From NCBI GenBank assembly GCA_016839445.1, contig JAEOUG010000089.1:1-40246 (forward strand): a stretch of 40,246 bases of DNA. Direction: 5' to 3'. Made by a program: the position numbers and the translations under genes. The notes beneath the pieces were generated by a model. The model did no database searches. It was given only the letters and a program-made list of their open reading frames with translations, and was not told the origin of the DNA. Shown here piece by piece: positions 18,496 to 27,875 of the stretch; positions within the stretch are counted from its first letter, which is position 1, and each line of letters opens with the position of its first letter. The stretch is from Candidatus Thorarchaeota archaeon (GTDB lineage: Archaea; Asgardarchaeota; Thorarchaeia; Thorarchaeales; Thorarchaeaceae).

Positions 18496-19899
18496 CTAGT
18501 CTTCGTCCTCGTCATCCTCGCCGAATCGCTTGGCCTTCCCAAGCCTTCGACTTCTGTCAACGGTCATGCGATCAGAGTCTGGTTCGGACAGGTCGTGACC
18601 CTGTCGGCCTTCCTCAATCCCAGTTGCGCGTTCGGATGGCCAAGGTTGACCAGCCTCTGGTGCTCGCTTAGCAAGATCCTTGTCTACCTCATCGGCAGTG
18701 AAGGTCTCTCCTCTCTCCTTTGCCCGATCAATGATTCTCTCTGTGCGTTCCACCCTGAGGTAGTACAAAGCCGCAAAGATAGCCGTGAGTGGGAAGGCAA
18801 TCAGCTTTGCGACATCACGGAAGAGAAACAAGACGTAGTTGTTTGCCAAGAGACCGGTGCTTGGATCAAGCCACGCGGCAATCGTGGTTCCCGGAGTTGT
18901 AGAAACGGCAATGATGCTGTCTACGAAGAAGAACCCGCTGGCAAGGAAGAAGGTCATCAAGGGACCAAAATCGCGCAGACGAGATCTCGAATCTTCGACG
19001 GCGTCAGTGACTGTTCTACCAATGCCACTCATTGCGTAGAGGAGGAAGAAGATGGACATGGCAATGTCCACTGGAGTCATGCCAAAGGCATCAGTTCTCC
19101 TGAGAACATTCACGAGGAAGTATCCGGCATAGAGTGAAATGAAGAGCGTCAGAAGAGCGATATTGAGGGCGGCGCCCCTTCCGGAGTGTCTCACGAATGA
19201 TACGAGCATGACCAAGGCAAACAGACCCATGGCTGCATACGCCACGATCAATGGGGTCTGCTGTAGGAGGACATTCCCAATGGCATCTGAGCCAAGAATC
19301 GACCCAATTGTAGTCCCAAGTCCGAAGACATCATTGGGAATCAAGTAGAGGGCAGCTAGGGCCTCGGCTGCGATAATCCCAAGTCCAATCAGGAGTATGA
19401 GGAAACTGCCTGCACCAAGAAGGATTCCTCCCTTTTTCGGCTCAGCAATACTGGCAACGCGTAGACTTGTGCGGGCAGACAGGTAGGCCTGAAACGCAAT
19501 CCATCCAACCCAGCAGAACATTGCGAAGAACACCAGAGCAATGGCGCCGAGGATAATGGACATGAATACAGAGATGGCGAAGGACACTGCCATCCATGCA
19601 ACACCCTTGAGCTCAGTCACACTTCCGCGACCGCGTCTGGTAATCCAAAGTCGGTCAGCACCGACAGCTGTCAGAAGTGTTCCAATTGCGAAGTAGATAG
19701 TTCCGGTCGAACCGAGGTATGCGAAGAAGTAGACAAGAATGTCTTGGAGTGAGGTTCCTGCAGTCCAAGTCATGAGGAGCGACGTGAAGAAAGACAGAAA
19801 CACCGTTACCACAAACACAGCCGTATAGGCAACATACCTTCTGGTTCTGAAGAAAGTACCTAGGCCTTCGACGATTCCGGATAGAACTGGGATACGCAA
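18496..19899 (-). CDS. Polytopic membrane protein of unknown function (about 10 TM) with charged C-terminal tail
   Basis: Long hydrophobic ORF. TTG 19899 preceded by GGAGG. Confidence 0.8.
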   Translation of the reverse strand: MRIPVLSGIVEGLGTFFRTRRYVAYTAVFVVTVFLSFFTSLLMTWTAGTSLQDILVYFFAYLGSTGTIYFAIGTLLTAVGADRLWITRRGRGSVTELKGVAWMAVSFAISVFMSIILGAIALVFFAMFCWVGWIAFQAYLSARTSLRVASIAEPKKGGILLGAGSFLILLIGLGIIAAEALAALYLIPNDVFGLGTTIGSILGSDAIGNVLLQQTPLIVAYAAMGLFALVMLVSFVRHSGRGAALNIALLTLFISLYAGYFLVNVLRRTDAFGMTPVDIAMSIFFLLYAMSGIGRTVTDAVEDSRSRLRDFGPLMTFFLASGFFFVDSIIAVSTTPGTTIAAWLDPSTGLLANNYVLFLFRDVAKLIAFPLTAIFAALYYLRVERTERIIDRAKERGETFTADEVDKDLAKRAPEAGQPWPSERATGIEEGRQGHDLSEPDSDRMTVDRSRRLGKAKRFGEDDEDED

Positions 19900-20037
19900 A
19901 CACAAACCTCCCTTGTTGTCCAACGGTTGTGGGTAGAGCAATTTAAGGTTTGCACGGCTTGCCCGACGCGGGCTTCGCTCCTCTGAAAGATAATAAGTGG
20001 AAACTCCATCTATGATGCCGAATCTTCAGGGGGTTGT

Positions 20038-23028
20038 TTGCCACCAATGGCAGTCCGTGTGTTGATGCTAGACGATGATACTGTCCATCTTGAACTGAGC
20101 CAGAAATTCCTCAAGAGGCAGAGCTCTGAGTACGAGGTTGCGACTGCTGAGACCTACGGAGAGGCAATTGATATGCTCGATTCGGAGGCCTATGATGCAG
20201 CTGTGTGTGACATTGACCTTGCTCAGGAGAACCATAGTGGCCTTGAAGTCCTAGAGCACATCAGGAGCAAGGGGAAGGACATACCTGTTATCATATTCAC
20301 AGGCAAGAGTCGAGAGGAATTCGCCATTCAAGCATTGAACCTTGGGGCCGACTACTACATCAGGAAGTCAGCCACGAATATCGAGAACCTCTACGCAGAA
20401 CTCTCCTACTACATCCTTACAGCTGTGGAGAAGAGAAGAACGAGAAGAGCATTAGCTGAAACGGAGATTCGAGCTCAGACCTACCTTGACACTGCGGGCA
20501 CGGTCATCATCGCGTTTGACAAGAACCTGAAGATCACGATGACCAACAGGAAGGCCTGTGAGGTTCTGGAGACTCGTGAAGAAGACCTGATAGGAAAGGA
20601 CTGGGTCAGGGAGTTCATTCCCAAGCGCGATAGAAAGCACATCAAATCGTACCTCAACAACCTCCTGGATGGAAAGGTTTCACCAGATGTGAAAGAGGAG
20701 GGATCGGTCCTTACTCCCTCCGGGGAGAAGATCATTGAATGGTATGACGCAGTCCTTAGAGATGCCACCGGAAACGTTGTGGGTATTATCAGCGCAGGGC
20801 CGGAAATAACAGACAGAAAGAAGGCAGAAGGCCTTCTTGAAGAAGAAAGAGACAAGGCACGCAGATACCTAGAACTGGCAGACACTGTCCTACTTGCTCT
20901 TGACAGAGCATTCAATGTAACCATGATCAACCGAAAAGGCTGCAGTCTGCTTGGATTCCGGGAAGACGAGATTGTGGGCAAGAACTGGTTGGACAGCTTC
21001 GTGGCGGAGGAAAGAAGGAATGATGCAAGAAACTACCTAACCAACTTGATGGAGCATCCCGAGAGCCAATCACCAGGGTGCATCATGGAGATAGTAACCA
21101 GTGAAGGCGCCCTGAGAACGATTGAATGCCACGAGAGTGTCATTGTCGACGATTCAGGCGAAGCAGTCTCAGTCCTTTGCTCCGCAAGAGAGATACTGAC
21201 AGTAGATGGCCTGAGTTACACGGACGGCCTCGTGAGCAGGTCACTAATGATTCGAGAGGAGTGGTGGCAGCACATTTTCGACAGCTCCCCGACGGCGATC
21301 GCGTTCTTTGATTCAGAAGGAACACTTATCGACGCGAACAGCGCATCATTGGATTTCTTCGGCGTGGAGAAGAAGGAGTCACTTGTTGGATTGGACCTCT
21401 TCAGAGGATTGGACCTTCCTGATGGTGTTCTCGGGAGCCTCGAGGAGAAGGGTGAAGCCCAGTTCGAGTATAGACTGGACATGGGGCATCTAAGAAGGGT
21501 GAATGCTCTTCAATCCAAACACGACCATGCTGTTCTCGCGAAGGGAACCATAAAGAAGATTGAAGAATCGGAGGAATCCCTTTCAGGCTTCATAGTGCAT
21601 CTCGAAGACGTCACGGAGCAAAGGAAGACTGAGGAGCTCCACCAATCAAACGAAGAGATGTTCAGAGCTGTCTTCGACGAGTCGCCCGTTAGCATCGAGC
21701 TCTTCGATGCAGACTGCAATCTCATAGCAGCTAACAAAGCTGCGCTGGACCTTTTCGGAGTTGAGAATGAAGAGGAAATCATGGGCTTCGATCTCACATC
21801 AGACCCGAACGTGCCACAGAGGGTGATAGAGAGCCTGCTCCAAGGAGCCGCGATTAGGACTGAAGAACGATTCGATTTCGATTTGGTGAAGCGTCAGAAT
21901 CTGTACAAAACCAAGAAATCCGGAGTTCTCTACCTGGAGTCCGTGTTCTCACCCCTTAGGGTGGGGGACGAGGCAAGGGGATACATCACGCACATTCAAG
22001 ATGTGACTGGGAAGCACCAGGCGGAGAAGGCGCTGAAGGAGAGCAGACAGAGATTCAAGGAGCTGTACAGCAATGCCCTTACAGGTCTGTTTAGAGTGCG
22101 AGCATCAGACAGCTTGATTCTAGAGTGTAATGACCAGTTTGCTGCCTTGCTGGGACACGAGAGAGCCACTGACCTACTGGAGGACACGAGCTTCTTCCGG
22201 ACATATCTGGCAAAAACAGCCAGATGGGAAGACCTCAAGGAAGGATGCAGAGAAGTGGACCGGCTCAGAACAGAACTGGTAATCAACAAGAGAGATGGGG
22301 GCAAGATGTGGGTCCGGCTTTCTCTGAGAGCTGCCCCAGAGAAGGGCTTCCTAGAGGGTGTAATGGCAGACATTTCTCAAGAGATGAAGACGCTCGAGCT
22401 ACTCGAGAAGCAGAAGCATGAGCTAGGTGAGTTCGCACATGCAATGTCACATGACATGAAGAACATCTTTCACAACATGGTTGGGTTCATTGAGCTCACA
22501 GAAGACGAGAACGATCTCAGACATCTTGGCAAGCTGAAGACCCTGATACAAGATACGAGTGAGCTGCTGGACCACTCGGTTGCGTTGGCTGAAGCCGGTG
22601 CGGTGGTGGATGAGGCCGAGGAGGTCGACCTAGACACCATTATTCGTGATGTGGCAGACTCTGTGATACCTGACGAGGTCGAGTACATTCAAGATAGACT
22701 GCCAGTGGTTCTCGCCGACCGGAAGAAGGTGGCTCAGGTCTACAGAAACTTGCTGGACAATGCGATAATCCATGGAGCACCCAAGAGAGTTGAGGTAAGG
22801 TCAAGAAAGGAAGACGGATACTACCTAATCACAGTGAGGAATGACGGAAAGGAGATACCTGAAGCGACAAGACAGAAGATATTCAGAAGAGGCTTCACCA
22901 CAGCGAAGTCCGGACGTGGGTTCGGCCTTACAATAGTGAGACGTTTGGTGGAGGCCCATGGCTGGACAATCAGCCTGCTTCCCGACCGGGAAACAGCGTT
23001 TGAGATTCGAATTCCCGTTCCATCATGA
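20038..23028 (+). CDS. Hybrid sensor histidine kinase (REC, about 5 PAS domains, HisKA, HATPase)
   Basis: REC (LDDD, CDID, FTGK), repeated PAS/PAC units, H-box SHDMKN, N-box NLLDNA, NDG, GFTT, GFGL. Confidence 0.93.
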   Translation: MPPMAVRVLMLDDDTVHLELSQKFLKRQSSEYEVATAETYGEAIDMLDSEAYDAAVCDIDLAQENHSGLEVLEHIRSKGKDIPVIIFTGKSREEFAIQALNLGADYYIRKSATNIENLYAELSYYILTAVEKRRTRRALAETEIRAQTYLDTAGTVIIAFDKNLKITMTNRKACEVLETREEDLIGKDWVREFIPKRDRKHIKSYLNNLLDGKVSPDVKEEGSVLTPSGEKIIEWYDAVLRDATGNVVGIISAGPEITDRKKAEGLLEEERDKARRYLELADTVLLALDRAFNVTMINRKGCSLLGFREDEIVGKNWLDSFVAEERRNDARNYLTNLMEHPESQSPGCIMEIVTSEGALRTIECHESVIVDDSGEAVSVLCSAREILTVDGLSYTDGLVSRSLMIREEWWQHIFDSSPTAIAFFDSEGTLIDANSASLDFFGVEKKESLVGLDLFRGLDLPDGVLGSLEEKGEAQFEYRLDMGHLRRVNALQSKHDHAVLAKGTIKKIEESEESLSGFIVHLEDVTEQRKTEELHQSNEEMFRAVFDESPVSIELFDADCNLIAANKAALDLFGVENEEEIMGFDLTSDPNVPQRVIESLLQGAAIRTEERFDFDLVKRQNLYKTKKSGVLYLESVFSPLRVGDEARGYITHIQDVTGKHQAEKALKESRQRFKELYSNALTGLFRVRASDSLILECNDQFAALLGHERATDLLEDTSFFRTYLAKTARWEDLKEGCREVDRLRTELVINKRDGGKMWVRLSLRAAPEKGFLEGVMADISQEMKTLELLEKQKHELGEFAHAMSHDMKNIFHNMVGFIELTEDENDLRHLGKLKTLIQDTSELLDHSVALAEAGAVVDEAEEVDLDTIIRDVADSVIPDEVEYIQDRLPVVLADRKKVAQVYRNLLDNAIIHGAPKRVEVRSRKEDGYYLITVRNDGKEIPEATRQKIFRRGFTTAKSGRGFGLTIVRRLVEAHGWTISLLPDRETAFEIRIPVPS

Positions 23029-24342
23029 TGGGCTAGAAGAGCGTTTCTGGCTGACAACAGTGAGGGCGGACACAACAAGGACTCCAGCGAAGAGGGAGAG
23101 CATGAGTGGAACCAGAGAAGTCGTGGCGTGATCTCCGCCCGTGGAAGTGGTTCCAGAGGGCTCACTCACTGTTCTTGGAGGCCCGACTATTGAGTCCAAG
23201 ATGTAGTCCCGCAGCAGCTCATCCGCGGGATTGTATGTGAAATCTGGAAGTGATGCAGTGAAGGCTACAACCATGTCTTCCTCGGGAGACACTGCAATCC
23301 GCTGTCCGAAGCGACCATGAGCCTGGTAGACATCGAGTGCCGGATGAAGGTACCAGAGATACCCGTAACCCAGACTTGGGGGGAGGTAGACTTGGAACCT
23401 AGTCGAATCAAGAACCCAATCGAGTGGGAGGACCTGTTGACCATCCCAGCGGCCCCCGTTAAGGTAGAGGTACCCGAATCTAGCCATATCGCGGGGCTTC
23501 AAGTAGAGCCCCCCTCCGCCTTGATAGTAACCACTGAGAGTCTTTACCATGACAGCCCCTTCGATTCCAATCGGTTCGAGAAGATACTCCTCTGCGAAGT
23601 CCATCAGATCGTAATCGGAGAGCTCCTCGATTAGAGCCGCAAGGGCAATGGGGCCTCCGCTGTTGTAGACCCATTGCTCTCCAGGCTCGGCAACCATTGG
23701 CAGGCTAAGGAAGTGGTCAATGCAGTCTTCACTAAGAACCATTCTTGTGAGACTGTTTCGTTCTGTGTCATTGAAGAAATAAGTCGACTCGTCCCACTCA
23801 ACTCCCGAGGTCATGGTCAGAAGATGGCCTACTGTCATTCGTTCTTTCCTATCATCCACGTTGTCAGGACTTCTTTCTGAGAACAGATCGAGAACAGAGG
23901 TGTTGACGCCAGGTAAGATACCCTCTCTTATGGCCAACCCGACTAGGCATGACATGAAGCTCTTTGTCACCGACTGCTGCGTGTGGTAGTAATCCGCAGT
24001 ATACAGCGGCCCAGGATAGGCCTCGAAGACTAGGTAGCCGCCACGAACAATGATGATTGAATCCATTTGCCACCCAGAGACATCGATGTATGAGAGCATC
24101 TCCAGCAATCTTGTGGAGTTCATACCCTGTTCCTCAGGTGCGCAGGTCCTCCACTCGTCAGTAGGGTAGTAGTCCCGCAATCGATCTTGAACTGCAAAGG
24201 GGTGCGACGACTGGGACACGAGGAATGCTTCTTCGATAATCGCGTAGGGCTGGGGACTGATGGAGCAGAGTAGTATGCATAGAACAAGCAGAGACCACTT
24301 CGACCCTGTCAACATCACCGACGACCTTGGACCTGATGACAT
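23023..24342 (-). CDS. Membrane-anchored serine hydrolase, beta-lactamase/class C (S12) family
   Basis: SVTK (SxxK), LLTMTSG, PGEQWVYNS, PRDMARFG, AHGRFGQ. Signal peptide and C-terminal TM. Confidence 0.9.
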   Translation of the reverse strand: MSSGPRSSVMLTGSKWSLLVLCILLCSISPQPYAIIEEAFLVSQSSHPFAVQDRLRDYYPTDEWRTCAPEEQGMNSTRLLEMLSYIDVSGWQMDSIIIVRGGYLVFEAYPGPLYTADYYHTQQSVTKSFMSCLVGLAIREGILPGVNTSVLDLFSERSPDNVDDRKERMTVGHLLTMTSGVEWDESTYFFNDTERNSLTRMVLSEDCIDHFLSLPMVAEPGEQWVYNSGGPIALAALIEELSDYDLMDFAEEYLLEPIGIEGAVMVKTLSGYYQGGGGLYLKPRDMARFGYLYLNGGRWDGQQVLPLDWVLDSTRFQVYLPPSLGYGYLWYLHPALDVYQAHGRFGQRIAVSPEEDMVVAFTASLPDFTYNPADELLRDYILDSIVGPPRTVSEPSGTTSTGGDHATTSLVPLMLSLFAGVLVVSALTVVSQKRSSSPS

Positions 24343-24477
24343 GTGTGAGATAAAAGGACTGCTTACACAGCAAACGGGAGCTAACGGCCTGTAGAGGGCC
24401 TAGACCAAGGCGCTGAAGGTTCGCTATGTTCAACATCCTTAAATGCTCCTGATGCGCTTCCAGCTATGTGGTCAGTG

Positions 24478-24670
24478 TCACGGCGGGGCCCTGTTTTTCG
24501 TAACATGCCCTCATTACAACTCCCCCCCTCCTACCACAAGAGCCTCGTTTGTGCTCTGGCCACACCTATTCGAGCACTCGGGGGGGGCAGGTTCCGTTCT
24601 TGGCGTATTAGCCCGGAAGCAAAGCAGGTGAGAACGGCCCCCGTGATGCAGGGCCAAGAACCTACATCAC
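24478..24670. ncRNA. Candidate structured RNA element in a 423-nt intergenic region (family unidentified)
   Basis: Several complementary blocks: C7 24522-28 with G8 24580-87; GTGCTC with GAGCAC; CCGTTCT with AGAACGG; GTGATGCAGG with CCTACATCAC; and a closing 24478-90 with 24636-46 pairing. Confidence 0.35.
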
Positions 24671-24765
24671 ACGCCATTGTTTCCTCGCTTGTCACCTCCA
24701 ACATGGGATCTTAAGGCTCAGAAGTCTATTAAGAGAGGAATCGTCACACAAACAAGACCGCAAAG

Positions 24766-25785
24766 ATGACCGTGACAAAGGTGCTCTTCATCTGGGATGT
24801 CAGACAGGAGCTGAGGGAGTATCTTGAGAGGAGTCTTGAGGATTTCTCTGGAGTGAGCCTCATCTTCCCAGAGAACACAGACGAAGAGAGTCTGCTAAGA
24901 CTTGCTCCGGACGCCGATGTTGTGGTCGGATGGAGGCCGAGTCGAGAATTCCTTGATGCGGCGGAAGGTCTCAGACTATTCATCAATCCCGGAGTGGGGG
25001 TGCAGCACCACATCCCTGTCTTCAGAGACCTTGCTACTACAAGGAACGTGACACTGGTCAATGGTCATGGGAACACCTACTTCACTGCTCAGCACGCCGT
25101 GGCTCTCTTACTTGCATTGACGAACAAGGTAATTCCGCATCACAACTGGATGAAAGAGGGACATTGGAGAAGAGGTGACGACCATGCCAAGTCAACACCG
25201 CTGAGATACCGTCGCATTGGTCTTCTTGGCTATGGGGCAGTGAACTCGAAGGTCCATAGATTTCTCTCGGGCTTCTCCGTTGAGTTCTCTATCTGCAAGA
25301 GAAGCTGGGCCGATTCTGCCATTCCAGTGCCAACTCCTGCCACAAGATACGAGAGCTCAGAGCTCCACCAGTTCTTGGACGAAGTTGACACATTGATAGT
25401 TGCCGTGCCCCAGACAGATAACACAGTCGGGATGATCCAGGCGGCTGAGCTGCAAATGCTAGGTGCGAAGGGTCTCGTGGTGAATGTGGCCCGAGGAGAT
25501 GTGATAGTGGAAAAGGACCTGTACGAGGCACTATCGTTGAACATCATCGCCGGCGCAGCTATCGACGTGTGGTACGACTACCGACCAGAGCCGGATGAAG
25601 CCGGGAGGAGGTTTCCTTTCAAGTACCCATTTCACGAACTAGACAATGTCATTCTCTCGCCTCACAGAGGCGCATCACCGATGGACGACCTAGAGCGATG
25701 GGATGAGGTCATTGAGAACATAAAGAGAGTAGCCCAAGGCCGAACAGATTTCCTAAATACTGTCGACCTTGAGCGAGGCTATTAG
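24766..25785 (+). CDS. D-isomer-specific 2-hydroxyacid dehydrogenase family protein
   Basis: GLLGYGAV Rossmann motif, VNVARG, AAIDVW, NVILSPHRG. Confidence 0.9.
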   Translation: MTVTKVLFIWDVRQELREYLERSLEDFSGVSLIFPENTDEESLLRLAPDADVVVGWRPSREFLDAAEGLRLFINPGVGVQHHIPVFRDLATTRNVTLVNGHGNTYFTAQHAVALLLALTNKVIPHHNWMKEGHWRRGDDHAKSTPLRYRRIGLLGYGAVNSKVHRFLSGFSVEFSICKRSWADSAIPVPTPATRYESSELHQFLDEVDTLIVAVPQTDNTVGMIQAAELQMLGAKGLVVNVARGDVIVEKDLYEALSLNIIAGAAIDVWYDYRPEPDEAGRRFPFKYPFHELDNVILSPHRGASPMDDLERWDEVIENIKRVAQGRTDFLNTVDLERGY

Positions 25786-25790
25786 GACTC

Positions 25791-26156
25791 CTAGTCGATT
25801 CCGATTCGCTTTGTGAACTTCACAAGCATGAAGATCACGAAGGCCACAATCAGAAAGGTCAGTAAATCACCGAAGAATGCTCCTACCCTGAATGGGCCAA
25901 GGACTATATTTTCCCAAAGCAGTCCGGGCGGCAGGAACAGCTGTACTATGGGCATGACAAGATTCCCAACGAGGGAGTTTACAAGCGATCCAAGGTACAG
26001 GCCCAGAATGAAGGCTACAGCCAATCCCATCACCTTGTACTTCGACAGGAAATCCTTAAACTCATCCATGAGACCCTCCGGCTTGGGCGCGGGAGGCCCC
26101 GGCGTGAGGAGCTTCCTAATCTCCTGCAGTTCTTCTAGCATTTGCTCTTGACTCAA
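25791..26156 (-). CDS. mscL: Large-conductance mechanosensitive channel MscL family
   Basis: EFKDFL..KVMGLAVAFILG...LVNSLV..LVMP, GAFFGDLLTFLIVAFVIF. TTG 26156 after GAGGTGA. Confidence 0.88.
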   Translation of the reverse strand: MSQEQMLEELQEIRKLLTPGPPAPKPEGLMDEFKDFLSKYKVMGLAVAFILGLYLGSLVNSLVGNLVMPIVQLFLPPGLLWENIVLGPFRVGAFFGDLLTFLIVAFVIFMLVKFTKRIGID

Positions 26157-26234
26157 TCTATCACCTCTGATTGACGCATCCTTTTCGAAAGGACTTGATA
26201 CCAACACATACCCAGCAATAATGTCTGCCGGTAG

Positions 26235-26939
26235 TTAGGCCTTGATAGGAGCTCCGCAGTATGGGCAGAATCGGTCTTCGAATCTCAGAGCAAAGCCGCA
26301 ATACGGGCATGCGCCTTGAGTAGAGGCGTCGCGGGACTCTACACGAGCCTTGACAATCTTGCCGGTTCTGGAGTCAAACCAGATGTCCGACCCACCTGAG
26401 CGCTTCTCTTCCACGATGTGCCTTCGAACTCGCTCTTCAGGAAGCCCCGACCTGTCAGCCAAGTCCTGAACGGTCCCGGTGTGAACGCTTGAAAGCTGAC
26501 TTCTGACTCTTGAGCGACTGCTCACAGAGTTGGCGACACTCGCAACGAAAATCAAGCCGAGAATCAATATGGGAATGCTAATGGGCCAGTCGAACCCGCT
26601 CTCGAACCAAACGATGGACAAGATGAAGAGTGGTATCAGCAGACCGAAAGCGATTCCTTCATCTTTCCGCTTCTGGCGGTCATAGATGGGTCGATCGACA
26701 CTGAGAGTGGGATCGGGCATCGACCCAGATGTATACACTCCATCCTTTGGCCGCTGCCAATAGTCCATTTCCTGCCTCGTAGTTTCAATCTTCTTCTCCT
26801 CACTGAGGCCTCCAAATAGGACGCAGAAGAGTATCACCACAGGAATCAGAAGGTATGGCACTCCTGTGCCCAATAGCACTATGAGAAGCACGCCTATCGG
26901 GATGAGGAGGGGCCAAGTGCTGTCAGCTCTGCTCATCAC
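26235..26939 (-). CDS. Membrane protein with HTH/winged-helix-like segment and C-terminal double zinc ribbon
   Basis: Two TM hairpins, TVQDLADRSGLPEERVRR, CPYCG..CPYCG. Confidence 0.75.
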   Translation of the reverse strand: MMSRADSTWPLLIPIGVLLIVLLGTGVPYLLIPVVILFCVLFGGLSEEKKIETTRQEMDYWQRPKDGVYTSGSMPDPTLSVDRPIYDRQKRKDEGIAFGLLIPLFILSIVWFESGFDWPISIPILILGLIFVASVANSVSSRSRVRSQLSSVHTGTVQDLADRSGLPEERVRRHIVEEKRSGGSDIWFDSRTGKIVKARVESRDASTQGACPYCGFALRFEDRFCPYCGAPIKA

Positions 26940-27787
26940 ACATCCTCCAGCTCATCAAGCTTCAGTGTTAGCTTCCTCGGATTGGCGAGGAGGCTGACCT
27001 CGTACCGATGAAGGCTTGGATCGAACTTGCCCTTCTTCCACTTGTTGAAGCCCTTGTCAATCTTGTCTCGCATCGTTCCTCTGAAGGGGATGATAACCGA
27101 GAAGCATTGCAGGATGCGGCAGAACCAATCATTCTCGGCAAGAACAGGATCACGAACTGTAACCGTGAATTCACCACCGATGTCACCAAACTTACTGTCA
27201 ATCTTCGCGACAGTCTCGTTGCCATTCAGTCTTATCACCGAGTAGTCATCGCCAAGTGATGCGCGTTCGCCTTCAATCCTGAAGGTCTCGAATCTTCCTT
27301 CAGGCCCGAGGACGTAGAATGCATAGTTCTCAGTAGAAAGACCTCCGCGTCTAAGTTGCCTAACCCAGGTGAGAAGCTCAGTATCTTCAGCAATAACGAC
27401 AAAGGACAAGAGGGGGCGATCAGCAGCAAAACTGAGCGCGTACTCATCTGCCACCATCTCTTCAGCAGTAGCAAGCCATGATCCGCGATTTGAGAAGATC
27501 TTGATTACCAGTCGTCGGTCTAGCTCAGCAGCATCTCTCCAGAGGCTTTGCCTTAGGATTACAAATCCGGTTCTCTCTATGGGTCCCACCTTCTCCTTCT
27601 TCGCCACCCAGCGTCCTTCCTCAGTCTTCCCTATGACATCGGCATCTCGCGAGAACTGCCTGCTCTTGGAACGCCACATTTCCTCCTGCCTATAGCCGAA
27701 CTCCTCGCCGTGAAAACCAGTTGAGTAGAGATCTTGGGTCAGGACCCTATAGACTGGTCCGACCTTGCGTTCATCCTCGTCCGCCAT
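26936..27787 (-). CDS. Hypothetical protein, possible Tubby-C/LURP-one/scramblase-like fold
   Basis: Run of beta-strands (GDDYSV..VAKIDSK..DIGGEFTV) ending in a hydrophobic helix. 4-nt overlap with the downstream gene. Confidence 0.65.
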   Translation of the reverse strand: MADEDERKVGPVYRVLTQDLYSTGFHGEEFGYRQEEMWRSKSRQFSRDADVIGKTEEGRWVAKKEKVGPIERTGFVILRQSLWRDAAELDRRLVIKIFSNRGSWLATAEEMVADEYALSFAADRPLLSFVVIAEDTELLTWVRQLRRGGLSTENYAFYVLGPEGRFETFRIEGERASLGDDYSVIRLNGNETVAKIDSKFGDIGGEFTVTVRDPVLAENDWFCRILQCFSVIIPFRGTMRDKIDKGFNKWKKGKFDPSLHRYEVSLLANPRKLTLKLDELEDV

Positions 27788-27875
27788 ACCCAATCACAGG
27801 CAGCCAAGTCCTGTCATGGCTGATAAAGCTTGGTTCTCAGAAAGATTCAAACCACAGGCAGGGCTCCCAGAAGGC

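Noticed and set aside
18406-19137. 243-aa plus-strand ORF and other long shadow ORFs (e.g. 11180-11722, 14630-15133, 20481-20981, 5525-6013)
   Set aside because: They are antisense to well-supported genes and have no protein-like motifs.
24605-24630. GCCCGGAAG...AGCAGG resembling SRP RNA helix 8
   Set aside because: The GGAA loop is not closed (CCC is followed by GCA rather than GGG), the 5' CAGG is missing, and no Alu domain is evident.
24531-24677. 48-codon minus-strand ORF (MACDVGSWPC...) and the plus-strand ORFs 24443-24631 and 24466-24714
   Set aside because: They run through homopolymer C/G tracts, have an atypical composition and no motif; RNA structure explains the region better. 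Not fully excluded.
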